A DNA stretch of 64,000 bases from a virus (IMGVR_UViG_3300008108_000037:4002-68001), one strand, 5' to 3'. Numbered from the stretch's first letter, positions 1 through 10,038 are shown. Notes: generated from the letters alone by a model not told the origin. Program-made: numbers and translations.

Positions 1-111
1 CCTATGGATGTTTATTGGAGTGGTGCATCTCTCATAGTTGAAATGCAGAATGGACAACTCCGTAGATACTTCGGATTGGGTTCAGAAGATTTTGAAATCG
101 TTTACATATGA
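1..111 (+). CDS. hypothetical protein, 3' end (partial)
   Basis: Frame 1 open from the window edge to TGA 109-111 (PMDVYWSGASLIVEMQ...IVYI). Confidence 0.5.
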   Translation, partial: PMDVYWSGASLIVEMQNGQLRRYFGLGSEDFEIVYI

Positions 112-296
112 TACGTAGAGACTTTCCCAAAGACAATATCAGTCCAAGAAACCACGAGGGCAAAGTAATTGGAGGTGGCATGTACTTCATAATACACATT
201 ATAAGAATGCTATTACTTCTTGTAACCTTTCCTATTCGTGCATTTATATACATGCTCAATCCCTTCGCCTCTAAGAACGTCAGAATAAAAGATTAG
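108..296 (+). CDS. small hydrophobic hypothetical protein
   Basis: ORF track; ATGA overlap with upstream stop. Confidence 0.5.
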   Translation: MIRRDFPKDNISPRNHEGKVIGGGMYFIIHIIRMLLLLVTFPIRAFIYMLNPFASKNVRIKD

Positions 297-297
297 G

Positions 298-468
298 ATG
301 GACTTGACGCTAGCTTTAGTATCCGGTATATTAGGAGTTATTGTAATTAGAACAATAGCATTGGAGATCTTAGTATTGAAACTCAAAGGCAAAAACAAGC
401 TATTATGTAGAGAGAATCACAGATTAAGAATTAAACTCCAAGAGCATGAAAACAGTACAAAAGGGTGA
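298..468 (+). CDS. small membrane protein (56 aa)
   Basis: Read manually: MDLTLALVSGILGVIVIRTIALEIL...; starts 1 nt after upstream stop. Confidence 0.4.
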   Translation: MDLTLALVSGILGVIVIRTIALEILVLKLKGKNKLLCRENHRLRIKLQEHENSTKG

Positions 469-628
469 AGACATTAAAAGAGTAAAAGATGAAGAAGCGG
501 AATTATTCGTAAAATCCCGTGGCTATCAATACGTTCCTAAATCAGTTTGGAAAGAATTTAAAAATGGACCGAAACAATCTGAAGACTCAGAACTAAAAGA
601 TAAGAAGTCCAAAGGAAAGAAAGACTAA
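446..628 (+). CDS. basic hypothetical protein
   Basis: ORF track, Lys-rich. Confidence 0.55.
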   Translation: MKTVQKGEDIKRVKDEEAELFVKSRGYQYVPKSVWKEFKNGPKQSEDSELKDKKSKGKKD

Positions 629-902
629 TGAAAAACCAACATAAAGATCTTCAGTACCGAATGCCAACATTAGGTGCTGATGTAGCAGACGTCACGGAAT
701 GAGGATTCTAAGTAGTCTTGCTAGGGAGAACGGTTTAGTCGTGTGAATCGATTTTCCCAAAAAAGAGAAGGTCCAGCTTAAAAACTGGACCTTTTCCCTT
801 GTAGGGGCCATGGTTAGGACCCCGCCCGCGTACGTGCGTATTTGCATTTTTTTCTCTTGAGGATTATTCATAAATTTACCTATCACTAAAAAATCACACG
901 AT

Positions 903-1226
903 ATGCAATTAGAAATGGAAGACTACCACAAAGTAGCAGAAATGGAGTTCATTAAATATGGTAACTCTATGGTTTTTGGAACCCTTACACAAGAAAATAT
1001 CTCTCATATTGTTCAAGTTGGCGCTTCAGTCATGATGACTAGGGACAAATTTTTACAGGGAGGTAGCTTTGTACAATCGGTAGTAGATAACGATCTTCAG
1101 GGTGCAGTAAATAGAGCAGATGCTGTTATCCGCAGAGCACTTGTATTTATGGTATATCTAAACTCACACGTGAGGGCAGAGCTAGAAATAGAAAATATGA
1201 AATCACCATCTTTTGAAACAATCTAA
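903..1226 (+). CDS. early hypothetical protein
   Basis: ORF with upstream promoter at 841-880 and CACACGATATG leader. Confidence 0.8.
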   Translation: MQLEMEDYHKVAEMEFIKYGNSMVFGTLTQENISHIVQVGASVMMTRDKFLQGGSFVQSVVDNDLQGAVNRADAVIRRALVFMVYLNSHVRAELEIENMKSPSFETI

Positions 1227-1240
1227 AGGATAGATAGATT

Positions 1241-1375
1241 ATGGAAAACGAAAAATTTCAAAAGGTAGCAAAGGCAGTTTTTTTAATAGCCGCTTTTGCG
1301 TTTGGATTTTGGATTCTCTCATTTGGATTCAGACTCATTTGGGAAGCAGCTAAATCCATGTATCTGAACTGGTAA
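1241..1375 (+). CDS. small membrane protein (44 aa)
   Basis: Read manually: MENEKFQKVAKAVFLIAAFAFGFWILSFGF...; followed by terminator. Confidence 0.65.
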   Translation: MENEKFQKVAKAVFLIAAFAFGFWILSFGFRLIWEAAKSMYLNW

Positions 1376-1562
1376 AAATCTGTCCCGGATTTTTAGAGAT
1401 GCTCCAACGGAGCATCTTTTTTTGTGGGCATCCGCAGAAGTTGCTGCACGATGCTGCAATTTCCTGAGGCGCCCCTGCGTTACGAATCGGATCAACTTTC
1501 TTTTTTCTGCATTTTTTGTAACAAGAGTTTTTTCTTAATTTGCCCCATAAACACACGACACC

Positions 1563-2018
1563 ATGAATCTAATCTATCAACTCGGGGAAAACCTATTCAT
1601 CAAAGGAGATAAGGTTATCAGCTACGAAACGCACGTAGCATCTATTAAGGATAACATCATTTACGAGTTTGGAAAGTTCTCTAGAACAACTAGCAAACAC
1701 ATTTCAAGAGTAAATCACACGACAATGCAAACTAAAGTCTATTATGAAATGTTCTCCAATGCTGGAGAAAAGGCATGTCAATCACTCGTTGATGGGATCT
1801 CAAAGAAGATTCAGGGCAAAGAGAGAATGACTAAAGAAAGAATCAAAGAACTCTATGATGCTGGGAGAAAGAAGATCTCAGAGAAACATGGAGAAGTTTA
1901 TGACACTGAACCACGTGGGCACATCGCACACCAAATTAGCAAAGCTCTAAGAGACTCTGGTTATGGATTCTATCTTAACTCTTGGGGTGATGTTGAAGAT
2001 GGTCTATACGACAGCTAA
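1563..2018 (+). CDS. early hypothetical protein, apparent fusion of two cassettes (internal start 1725)
   Basis: ORF track; FSRTTSKH motif in N-half; internal CACACGACAATG leader in frame at 1725. Confidence 0.75.
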   Translation: MNLIYQLGENLFIKGDKVISYETHVASIKDNIIYEFGKFSRTTSKHISRVNHTTMQTKVYYEMFSNAGEKACQSLVDGISKKIQGKERMTKERIKELYDAGRKKISEKHGEVYDTEPRGHIAHQISKALRDSGYGFYLNSWGDVEDGLYDS

Positions 2019-2288
2019 ATAAGTCTTTCCAATCTTTAGATTGGTTTAGGTAAGGCCTGGGTTTCTACCCGGGCTTTTTTGTGTGGATGGGTTTTGGGAA
2101 AAGTTGCATATGCTGGCTTTTTTCGCTGGGGCGCCTCAACTGATTCACATCAGCGTGTGGTGTAATTCCAAAGGGGCCATAATCGGGACCCCGCCCGCGT
2201 AGGCACGTGCGAAGAGGGAATTTATGTGGACATTTTTTCTTATCGAGGATTTTTTCTAATTTTATCCTATTAAATAAAAAGGTACATT

Positions 2289-2675
2289 ATGAAGTTATGG
2301 TTTTACGGTTTAGCTGATTGTCACGGTGTGGAATCATTCGTACACGAGGTTAGTCCAATAGCCAGAGAGCTATTTTTTGCCCCAGAGGAATCTGAGGATG
2401 TGTTAGCTGGACAATATGCGATGTGCCTAAGAGCTCACGCAAATCCACAAAGGCATGCAGTAGCTTATCGTGTGAAAATGGAGGAGAGCAAATCGATCGA
2501 AGTACAAGAAATGTTAAAGAAGACTCAGTATGTTGAGGCATTGAGATTCATTAAAGAGAACATGGAAGAACTTCAATTGGGCACTCAATATACTACTAAA
2601 AAAGCAGCGGAGAAAAACTGGAATATGATACCAAATCCAGATTTGGATCCGTACCATGAAGATAATGATTCTTAA
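2289..2675 (+). CDS. early hypothetical protein
   Basis: ORF with own promoter. Confidence 0.8.
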   Translation: MKLWFYGLADCHGVESFVHEVSPIARELFFAPEESEDVLAGQYAMCLRAHANPQRHAVAYRVKMEESKSIEVQEMLKKTQYVEALRFIKENMEELQLGTQYTTKKAAEKNWNMIPNPDLDPYHEDNDS

Positions 2676-2886
2676 ATCTTTTATGGCTTGGATTTCGGGA
2701 GTGAAAGAAAAGCCGGTTGAACCCAAAGTCAAGAAAACCTTTCCTCCTCGAGATGCTAGTCTTTGCTCATTCAACGAATGGACAGAGATCACCCAATTCT
2801 CCTCGCTCTATGAACCCAATTTCAGGAACCAAGAAAGATTAGATCCCATCAAAAAAGAAGTGAGAGAAGCCAACAAGCATTTTTAA
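2656..2886 (+). CDS. hypothetical protein
   Basis: ORF track, overlaps upstream gene end. Confidence 0.55.
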   Translation: MKIMILKSFMAWISGVKEKPVEPKVKKTFPPRDASLCSFNEWTEITQFSSLYEPNFRNQERLDPIKKEVREANKHF

Positions 2887-2930
2887 CTTCAGCGGGGATT
2901 TATTAGATTTGCCTTATTTAACACACGACT

Positions 2931-3575
2931 ATGCACAACAAATCTCACAAACTCGATTCCGCTTCCTTCCGCACATTCATGTTTCAAGGTAAGGCATTCT
3001 TTACCCTGCACAACATCGAGAAGGACACCCACATCACATTCCGGATTCAAACACCCAAGCGTAAACGCGGCCAACCTGAAGAGACCCGTTACTTTGAGGT
3101 CTACGTCAAGGCTTTGAATGACAAGTACGCAGGCAACAAATATGTTGGACGCATTGACCGCAAGGAACGTTCCTTCAAACCATATGGTTATGTGGAGCGT
3201 GACCATGTTGGTATTCAAACTATTGAATGGTTGATTCGCAATTGGAGTCACTTGGAGGAATATGAGAAAGGAGAGAAGCTAGCAATCTATCACTTGGGCA
3301 CATGCTGTAAATGTGGATTACCTCTCACAGTCCCTGAAAGTATTCAAAATGGGATTGGACCACAATGCATGAAATATCGGGAGGGTAAATCCATTGACCT
3401 TCTTAAAGAGCTTGGCTTCTATAAGCCAGCAACCGAATATGCGGAGTTGGTCTATAATGCTCTTGAACTACGCCCGGATCTTTTCGATAAAATCTTTGTC
3501 CCTGATGTTATCCGTAGAGCTAACAAATGGTACAAGCTCATGGATAAACTGAGCAACGATATAGGTCTTTTCTAA
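2931..3575 (+). CDS. DUF6011-like Zn-finger protein
   Basis: CCKCGLPLTVPESIQNGIGPQC matches the CxxCGxxLTxPxSIxxGIGPxC pattern; ends DIGLF. Confidence 0.75.
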   Translation: MHNKSHKLDSASFRTFMFQGKAFFTLHNIEKDTHITFRIQTPKRKRGQPEETRYFEVYVKALNDKYAGNKYVGRIDRKERSFKPYGYVERDHVGIQTIEWLIRNWSHLEEYEKGEKLAIYHLGTCCKCGLPLTVPESIQNGIGPQCMKYREGKSIDLLKELGFYKPATEYAELVYNALELRPDLFDKIFVPDVIRRANKWYKLMDKLSNDIGLF

Positions 3576-3796
3576 AAGACAGTTTTCATAGGTACAACGA
3601 CCCTGGGTTTCTACCCGGGGTTTTTTGTGGAGTTAGGTAAAGTGAATTTTCTCGGACCGTCCGAGAATTCGGCGAGGCGCCCCGGCGAAGTTCAGGTGTT
3701 TTCAGGTGTTAACAGTCTTTACGGGTTGCATTTTTTTCCTCGAGGAAATTATTATAAATTGGACTTATTAAATTACTTACTAAACCCATTATCAAA

Positions 3797-4003
3797 ATGA
3801 CACACCAGTTTAACTTCTTTGAATCCCTAGATGGAAGGGAACTATTCCATTGGTTAGGTACACCATGTTTTATTTCAGATTACTACCAGAAAGAAAACGA
3901 TAATCTAGTTCAGATTACATCTTATGATGGTAGAGTATATGATGATGTCCCAGAGAGGGATTTGGAAAGTATGTCTCCTGAAGACATGGTAGGATTAGTT
4001 TAG
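3797..4003 (+). CDS. early hypothetical protein
   Basis: ORF between promoter and terminator. Confidence 0.75.
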   Translation: MTHQFNFFESLDGRELFHWLGTPCFISDYYQKENDNLVQITSYDGRVYDDVPERDLESMSPEDMVGLV

Positions 4004-4251
4004 ACTTTTTTCATAGGTTAGATCAAATACACCGGCCTGGGTTTCTACCCGGGCCTTTTTGTGTGGACCCATTTTGAACCAGGACTTTCACAGAGACTTC
4101 ACAGAGACTTCGCGGTGAGGCGCCCCTGCGGTTTTATTTGCATTCACACCCGGAACATAGCATAAGGTTTGGCGAGAAAAAAATTTTCAAAAACATTTTT
4201 TAATTTGGAGGTTTATTATTAATTTAGCCTCGTACTTAAAAAAACACGACT

Positions 4252-4518
4252 ATGTTACAAACTTCAACCCCGGGACCATCAATCCCACAAGCTTCAATCG
4301 AAGCTCTCAAAGAAAACCTTAAGAAGGGACCAGTTCGTTTCGCATTCCGTAAAAAGGATGGATCACTCAGATTAGCCTATGGAACTTTGGACATTAACAA
4401 AATTCCTTCCGCTAACCATCCAAAGGGTAATTCAGCTTCTCCTAAAATTCTTCCATTCTATGATTTGGAAAAATTCGCTTGGAGAAGCATTCAAATTGGT
4501 CAACTCGTTTTCAGTTAA
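4252..4518 (+). CDS. SH3 beta-barrel / WYL-like domain protein (DUF2693-like)
   Basis: LKKGPVRFAFRKKDGSLRLAYGTL...FYDLEKFAWRS pattern. Confidence 0.75.
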   Translation: MLQTSTPGPSIPQASIEALKENLKKGPVRFAFRKKDGSLRLAYGTLDINKIPSANHPKGNSASPKILPFYDLEKFAWRSIQIGQLVFS

Positions 4519-4741
4519 AAAGAGGAGTTAATAAATCAAGAGCCTGGGTTTCTACCCGGGCTTTTTTGTGGGGTAAGGTTTGGGAATTTTGCTAGCGTAT
4601 GTGAATCGAGACGAGGCGCCCCTACCGATACACATACGGATCAGGAACTGGGTCGAAACTTTTTTCCGAAACATTTTTGTCATTCGAGGATTTGTCATAC
4701 ATTAGCCTCATAAAACAATTTTTTAATCAAAAATCACACAC

Positions 4742-5176
4742 ATGAAATTAACTAAAGCGCAAGTTGAAGCTGTCGTTTCTGAAGTAAATGATCGTATCAA
4801 CAGAGCAACACAAAGCCAAATTCATCTTTTCAAAGGCAAGGATGAATGGGAAAAAATCAAGACAATAGTTAAAGAGTATCAAAATCTTGAGAAGAGCTTA
4901 GAGAAGGCCAAAGAAGCGGTAGAGAAGTTGGAAAGCGATTATGAGGACTTTGAAAGTGATGTTGAAGCAAGGATCCAAAGGTTTGAAAAGAAGTTCGGTG
5001 TGGATGTAGATTGGAAGTGGATTGAGGATAATGAGGAGCCCACTTTCAAAATGGAATTCAAAGATCTCACCCAGAAAATCGAAAGAACAGTTACCTTGCT
5101 GGGGATTGATAGTAAAGAAAAGATTACCAGTGATCTTCTAATTGAGAAGATGGTAGATAAGTTTTCAACTGTGTAG
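4742..5176 (+). CDS. coiled-coil early hypothetical protein
   Basis: ORF between promoter and terminator. Confidence 0.8.
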   Translation: MKLTKAQVEAVVSEVNDRINRATQSQIHLFKGKDEWEKIKTIVKEYQNLEKSLEKAKEAVEKLESDYEDFESDVEARIQRFEKKFGVDVDWKWIEDNEEPTFKMEFKDLTQKIERTVTLLGIDSKEKITSDLLIEKMVDKFSTV

Positions 5177-5382
5177 TAAATATAGATTTCAAAGATCCAA
5201 GGAGCCCAGATTTAGGTCTGGGTTTTTTGTGGGGTAAGGTTTGGTTTTTTCGGAGACGGCGTGAAGTAATACGATGAGGCGCCCCTACCCGCAATATTGG
5301 GATTCGATTCGTTAGATTTCTTTGAGGAAACATTTTATTTTTCCGTATAACTTTTATAGATTTACGGCATAAAATAAAACAT

Positions 5383-5613
5383 ATGCTTACTGAAGAACAA
5401 AGAGTAATCTTTAGAGAAATCTTAGATCTGAATTGGGAGTTTAGCCACACAGAAGAGAACTGGGGCGTTAAATGGGATATAGCCAGAAAACTCAATCAGA
5501 GAAAGAAAGATCTTAAAATGAGTATGGGTGAAGAAGCTTATGATCACTTCATGAACATGGGCAGGGAAATGTTCTCCCCGAGGAAAGAAGAAGTTGCCGA
5601 GGAGATTTCATAA
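5383..5613 (+). CDS. early hypothetical protein
   Basis: ORF with own promoter. Confidence 0.75.
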   Translation: MLTEEQRVIFREILDLNWEFSHTEENWGVKWDIARKLNQRKKDLKMSMGEEAYDHFMNMGREMFSPRKEEVAEEIS

Positions 5614-5670
5614 AAACATTTTTAATTTCAAGAGTAGTAAACTAAATTTGCAAACTAAAACGTAAACAAT

Positions 5671-5979
5671 ATGCCAAGGAGACCAAAGAAAGGAAAATCA
5701 TCAGATCTGTTGTTAAGAAAACTAATTGGTAAACTTGATCCGATCGAGACAACCCTCTTAAGAGAACGTATAGTTAGAATCTGTGAAATGAGCAAGCAGG
5801 ATATGTTAATGAATCCCGATAAGTATTCAAGGGGAATTATTGCTTCGCATTTGTTAGAAGCCTTTTATAATAAATGTTTAGCCCAGCTGAGTTATGAGAG
5901 CAGAGATTCTGCAGAGCGTGCACCATCCACTGTAACTGAGCCTGTGGTTGAAGAAAAAGAAGAGTTAGTGATTTCTTAG
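5671..5979 (+). CDS. early hypothetical protein
   Basis: ORF; TAAATTTG box upstream; terminator downstream. Confidence 0.75.
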   Translation: MPRRPKKGKSSDLLLRKLIGKLDPIETTLLRERIVRICEMSKQDMLMNPDKYSRGIIASHLLEAFYNKCLAQLSYESRDSAERAPSTVTEPVVEEKEELVIS

Positions 5980-6308
5980 TTTGTTTTTTGATTACAAGGG
6001 AAGCCGGGTTATTCCGGCTTTTTTTGTGGGGAGGGGTATCCCGGGAGACCCCGCACGCGTATGAGCGTGCGAAGTAGATATATAGTAACGACTCCTGAAT
6101 CCTTACCCTGACGAAAGCAAAAACCCGGACGTTTCTACGTTCGGGTTTTTTATTGTCCCAAACTTTTGATGTTACAACATCTGTCTGCGGGATGAGGCGC
6201 CCCTGCTAGTTAGATTGTTTTAAAACAACTTAACTATGGTTTTAATTTGGATAACATTTTTAATCCTTGAGGAATTTCGTTAATTTAGCCCTTCTAAAAT
6301 CAAAGATT

Positions 6309-6596
6309 ATGTTATTAGATGAAGAACCAGTGATAACGGAAGAAGAATTATCAGATGTCTCGATTGAAGATCTGCTTGGTTCATCATTAGTTGTCTATAA
6401 CGACGATGTAAACACTTTTGAATGGGTAATTGAGTGCCTTTGTAGCTATCTAAAGCATTCACGTGAACAAGCAGAACAATGTGCTTGGCTTATTCACACC
6501 AAAGGGAAATGCAAGGTTAAAAGCGGAACTAAAGAGGAATTAGAACCCTATAAAGATGCTCTCCTCGATTCTGGCTTGTCAGCAACGATCGAGTAG
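6309..6596 (+). CDS. clpS: ATP-dependent Clp protease adaptor ClpS (Bacteroidota type)
   Basis: LVVYNDDVNTFEWVIECL...QAEQCAWLIHTKGKCKVKSG signature; ATG 6309 preferred over TTG 6267. Confidence 0.9.
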   Translation: MLLDEEPVITEEELSDVSIEDLLGSSLVVYNDDVNTFEWVIECLCSYLKHSREQAEQCAWLIHTKGKCKVKSGTKEELEPYKDALLDSGLSATIE

Positions 6597-6648
6597 CATT
6601 TTTTTATCCAGAGGCAATTTAATAAATTTGCCTCATAAAATCAAATGT

Positions 6649-6831
6649 ATGGGAACAATTTTCAAAAATCTACTTCACAAAATCTCAGGCGATTCTAACC
6701 TCAACATTCCGTTGGTAGTTAGGGTTCGCAGGGTTCAAATGGAGCGCGAAGGCTTTAACACCGACCATATTAATTGGGAACATTACACCAAAGTATTGGA
6801 GGCCAAAGCTGAAGTGCTGAAACAACAATAA
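6649..6831 (+). CDS. early hypothetical protein
   Basis: ATG 6649 just after TAAATTTGCCTC promoter box. Confidence 0.7.
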   Translation: MGTIFKNLLHKISGDSNLNIPLVVRVRRVQMEREGFNTDHINWEHYTKVLEAKAEVLKQQ

Positions 6832-7067
6832 GTTTAAGTGGTTCTGGTTACATAAAGACCCTGGGTTTTACCCAGGGTTTTTTGTTGGGTAAAGTCTGGG
6901 TAAAACTGGATAAGCGCTGGGTAAAGTTGCTGCGGCGCCCCGGCAGAACCGCATGAACCTGATGTACCGGTTGTACCCGATGTACCGGATGTACCGGATG
7001 TTCAGTTCGCATTTTTTTATATCGGGGAGATTTCATAAATTGCCTTATAATTAAAAATACACACGAC

Positions 7068-7364
7068 ATGGAAAAATCAGTCACACTCAATTTCAGCCAC
7101 TTCATTTGTAAGGGCACTGCACAAATCACTCTTTGGGGTGGGGATCAAGGAACAATCACTATGGATTCATTCAGAATATCGGAAGGTTACACCGATGCGG
7201 ATCTTAAAGCTTGCCTGAACGATGGCGGGTTTGGTTGTGAATCTATTGATGGTGCGGTCATTGACATTTATGCAGTTTACAGTAACTATGAATCTCAAAC
7301 AACCCGTTGGTATGAAACAAGAGTTATTGGTAGAGTTAATGAAGAGTTGTTAATGGAAGCTTAG
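7068..7364 (+). CDS. early hypothetical protein
   Basis: ACACACGACATG leader; promoter and terminator. Confidence 0.8.
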   Translation: MEKSVTLNFSHFICKGTAQITLWGGDQGTITMDSFRISEGYTDADLKACLNDGGFGCESIDGAVIDIYAVYSNYESQTTRWYETRVIGRVNEELLMEA

Positions 7365-7507
7365 GTTTGGTTATGGTTAGTTGATGAGCTTGGACTTAGG
7401 TCCAAGCTTTTTTTGTGGGGTATTGAAGAAAGCCACACGCTAGCGTGCATCGGTTGCGGCGCCCCGACCGATAACAGCTACACGCTAGCTTTTGAATACA
7501 TATAGTT

Positions 7508-7690
7508 ATGAAACACATCCGAATCTTTGAAGAGTTTGAAAATGAAGGTGAATACATTCCTCCGATACAAATAGAGTGTAATAAATGTGGATGGAATTGG
7601 AACTCCACCGAAACCAATCCCAAAGACCTGTATATCTGTCACAAGTGTGGAGCGGATAATAAGGATTTTTACAAACCGGAAGAAGAGTAG
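7508..7690 (+). CDS. Zn-ribbon protein with capsid-targeting-like N-terminus
   Basis: MKHIRIFE; CxxC...CxxC; flanked by 14-bp direct repeats. Confidence 0.75.
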   Translation: MKHIRIFEEFENEGEYIPPIQIECNKCGWNWNSTETNPKDLYICHKCGADNKDFYKPEEE

Positions 7691-7802
7691 TTGCGGCGCC
7701 CCGGCGGTTGGATACAGGACAATGCCCTATACTTTTTTTCTTGCGGCATTTTTTCTTTTCGCCTTTTTATATTACTTTTATGTCATACTAAACAACACGA
7801 CT

Positions 7803-8177
7803 ATGACAGATCAAGAACAATTCGAGCATCTCAAGAAAGAGATAAAGAACCTCAACGGAAAAATCTTTATCTCATTCGTTCATCCAGGACTTTATGGTCC
7901 ACTCAGAAATCTCAACTTCATTTTAGAAAACCCAGATCCGGTAGAACTAAACAAGTATCTTAAGGAAGGCTGGCACAGAATAGTTGAAGATATTTGGAAA
8001 GAAACCCTAATGGCAACTCAACCTATGGTCATGCCTTGGGAAATGACTTTAACTGCTGAAAAAACCCCAAAGGTTTTCAAAACAATTAAAGATGCTGAAA
8101 CCCATATTAGGCATTTACTTAAGACCGGAATTAGTATGACTCAAGATCCTTTCTATTACAGATTAGGAATTCACTAA
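7803..8177 (+). CDS. early hypothetical protein
   Basis: ACACGACTATG leader at 7803 inside the longer ORF-track call. Confidence 0.8.
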   Translation: MTDQEQFEHLKKEIKNLNGKIFISFVHPGLYGPLRNLNFILENPDPVELNKYLKEGWHRIVEDIWKETLMATQPMVMPWEMTLTAEKTPKVFKTIKDAETHIRHLLKTGISMTQDPFYYRLGIH

Positions 8178-8460
8178 CCTCAAAACTTTAAACCCTTGGA
8201 AAAACATCCAAGGGTTTTTTGTGGGGTAAGGTTTGGGAAATTCGCTAGCGGATGTGAAACGGGATGGGGCGCCTCAGCAAGTATACATCAGATCTACACA
8301 TTTTCAGGAAGGGGTATCCGGGGAGACCCCGCCCGCGTACGTGCGCTGCGAGGCGCCTCGGCAAAGTCAACCTATGGTTTACCTATGGTCTATTCCTTTT
8401 TGAGGCATTTTTTTGTTTTACCCCAATTGATTATATTTGGGATAACTAATACATCTTTAT

Positions 8461-8652
8461 ATGACACAAGAAAAAGACCCATTAATTGGAAAAAGAATTA
8501 AACTAATTAGAATGGACGATCCTTTCCCGGTTGAACCAGGTTCCGAAGGAACTATAGAATCAATTGATGGGATGGGACAGATTTGGGTACATTGGGATAA
8601 TGGAAGAGGTTTAGCCATTATACCGGGTACGGATGAGTATGAAATAGTTTAA
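8461..8652 (+). CDS. DUF4314-like protein
   Basis: RIKLIRMDDPFPVEPGSEGTIESIDGMGQIWVHWDNGRGLAIIPGTD pattern. Confidence 0.8.
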   Translation: MTQEKDPLIGKRIKLIRMDDPFPVEPGSEGTIESIDGMGQIWVHWDNGRGLAIIPGTDEYEIV

Positions 8653-8925
8653 GTGTGTTGAAGTCTTTTGTTTAAAAGTTTAAACAAAAGATTAAACGAG
8701 CCTGCAGAGGCTCGTTTTTTTTTGTGGGGTAGTATTCCAAACCTCAAAAAATAGCTACACGCTAGGTTTTGAAGCTGAGGCGCCCCGACTGGAAAAAACC
8801 AAAAAACCCACTTTATCCAGAAAAGGCGCCCCTGCGGTATAGAGGCGGACAAAAACTTTTTTCGTGGGCATTTTTTTATTTCGCCTCTTTATAGTATATT
8901 TACACCATAATCAAATATCACACAC

Positions 8926-9237
8926 ATGACAACATCAATTAAAAAAGCAAGCAACTCAGCTCTCTCAAACGGAACATCTTTTCACGGACACGTTTTCAGG
9001 GCAACACCCCAACAACTCACTGACCTTTTTGGACCAGCCCATTATTCAGCTAATGATGGCGAGGACAAAAGCAATTTTGATTGGACAATGTTATTGGGCG
9101 AGGAAGTTCCGTTTACAATTTATGATTGGAAAGAATACCGCACATTAAAAATGAATGAAAAGGTGGAATGGCATATTGGGGCTAAAGACCCTTTTTTTGC
9201 AGGTTTGGCTTTATCTGAAGTAATCAAGCTTTTATAG
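8926..9237 (+). CDS. early hypothetical protein
   Basis: FTIYDWKEY/WHIG phage-type motif; cassette context. Confidence 0.8.
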   Translation: MTTSIKKASNSALSNGTSFHGHVFRATPQQLTDLFGPAHYSANDGEDKSNFDWTMLLGEEVPFTIYDWKEYRTLKMNEKVEWHIGAKDPFFAGLALSEVIKLL

Positions 9238-9435
9238 GAACAGAGGAATTTAGAAACCCGGATCTTTTTAAGGTCCGGGTTTTTTGTGGGCTAAGGTTTG
9301 GGAATTTTCTCGGACCGTCCTAAAATCTGGCGAGGCGCCCCGGCCGGTATGCAAACTTTTTGCATACTTTCCAAATTGCATTTTTTTCTTTCGGGGAGAT
9401 TTATTAATTTAGCCTCATAATCAAACACACACACT

Positions 9436-9840
9436 ATGTCACATTTTCAAGTTACCCTCGGACAACAAATTTCAGCTTTCATCAACGAAGGCAAGATCAT
9501 TGGAGATTACGAGCACTGCTCAGGCTTCTATGATTGGTTCTGTTCAGACCGCGCATTAGAGGCCAAAGCCAAATCACTAATGCCTAAGGTTATCAAATTC
9601 GTTAAGGCCAAAGGAATCGACCCTAACCGCCATTACGTGTGGTTCAAAAACAACTGTCCCATTAACGGACCTTTGTATGATGATTTCCGTATTGCCTCGC
9701 TAGAGACCGGAGATAATGTGTTCTGTGTTACACCCAAATCCGGACACACCGACAGAGCAGAAGTTTACGGCCAGGAGAATCTTTGGAACGGGCCAATCCA
9801 TCAGGCTAACACCTGGACAGAACTAATAAGAGCAATTTAA
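9436..9840 (+). CDS. early hypothetical protein
   Basis: YDWFC...FKNNCP...LYDDFRI; cassette context. Confidence 0.85.
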   Translation: MSHFQVTLGQQISAFINEGKIIGDYEHCSGFYDWFCSDRALEAKAKSLMPKVIKFVKAKGIDPNRHYVWFKNNCPINGPLYDDFRIASLETGDNVFCVTPKSGHTDRAEVYGQENLWNGPIHQANTWTELIRAI

Positions 9841-10038
9841 TTTTTCATAGATAGGTTGATGTTTTTAAAGGCCTGGGATTTTATCCCAGGTTTTTTTGTG
9901 GGGTAAGGTTTAGGAAATTTGCTAGCGTATGTGAATCGAGACGAGGCGCCCCAGCATGTATGCATGTGAGCTGCACACTTGCATTTTTTATTATCGGGGA
10001 AATTTTATAATTTTACCTCACACTTAAATCACACAAGC

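Noticed and set aside
6105-6150. Hammerhead ribozyme (CTGACGA at about 6108)
   Set aside because: No stem II followed by GAAA and no stem III/UH; the downstream hairpin is an ordinary terminator.
8196-8501. ORFs across spacers (also 1350-1612, 6848-7129, 11514-11768, 12062-12244, and the 11548 and 7587 extensions)
   Set aside because: They translate terminator, GC-motif and promoter DNA; true starts follow the CA-rich leaders.
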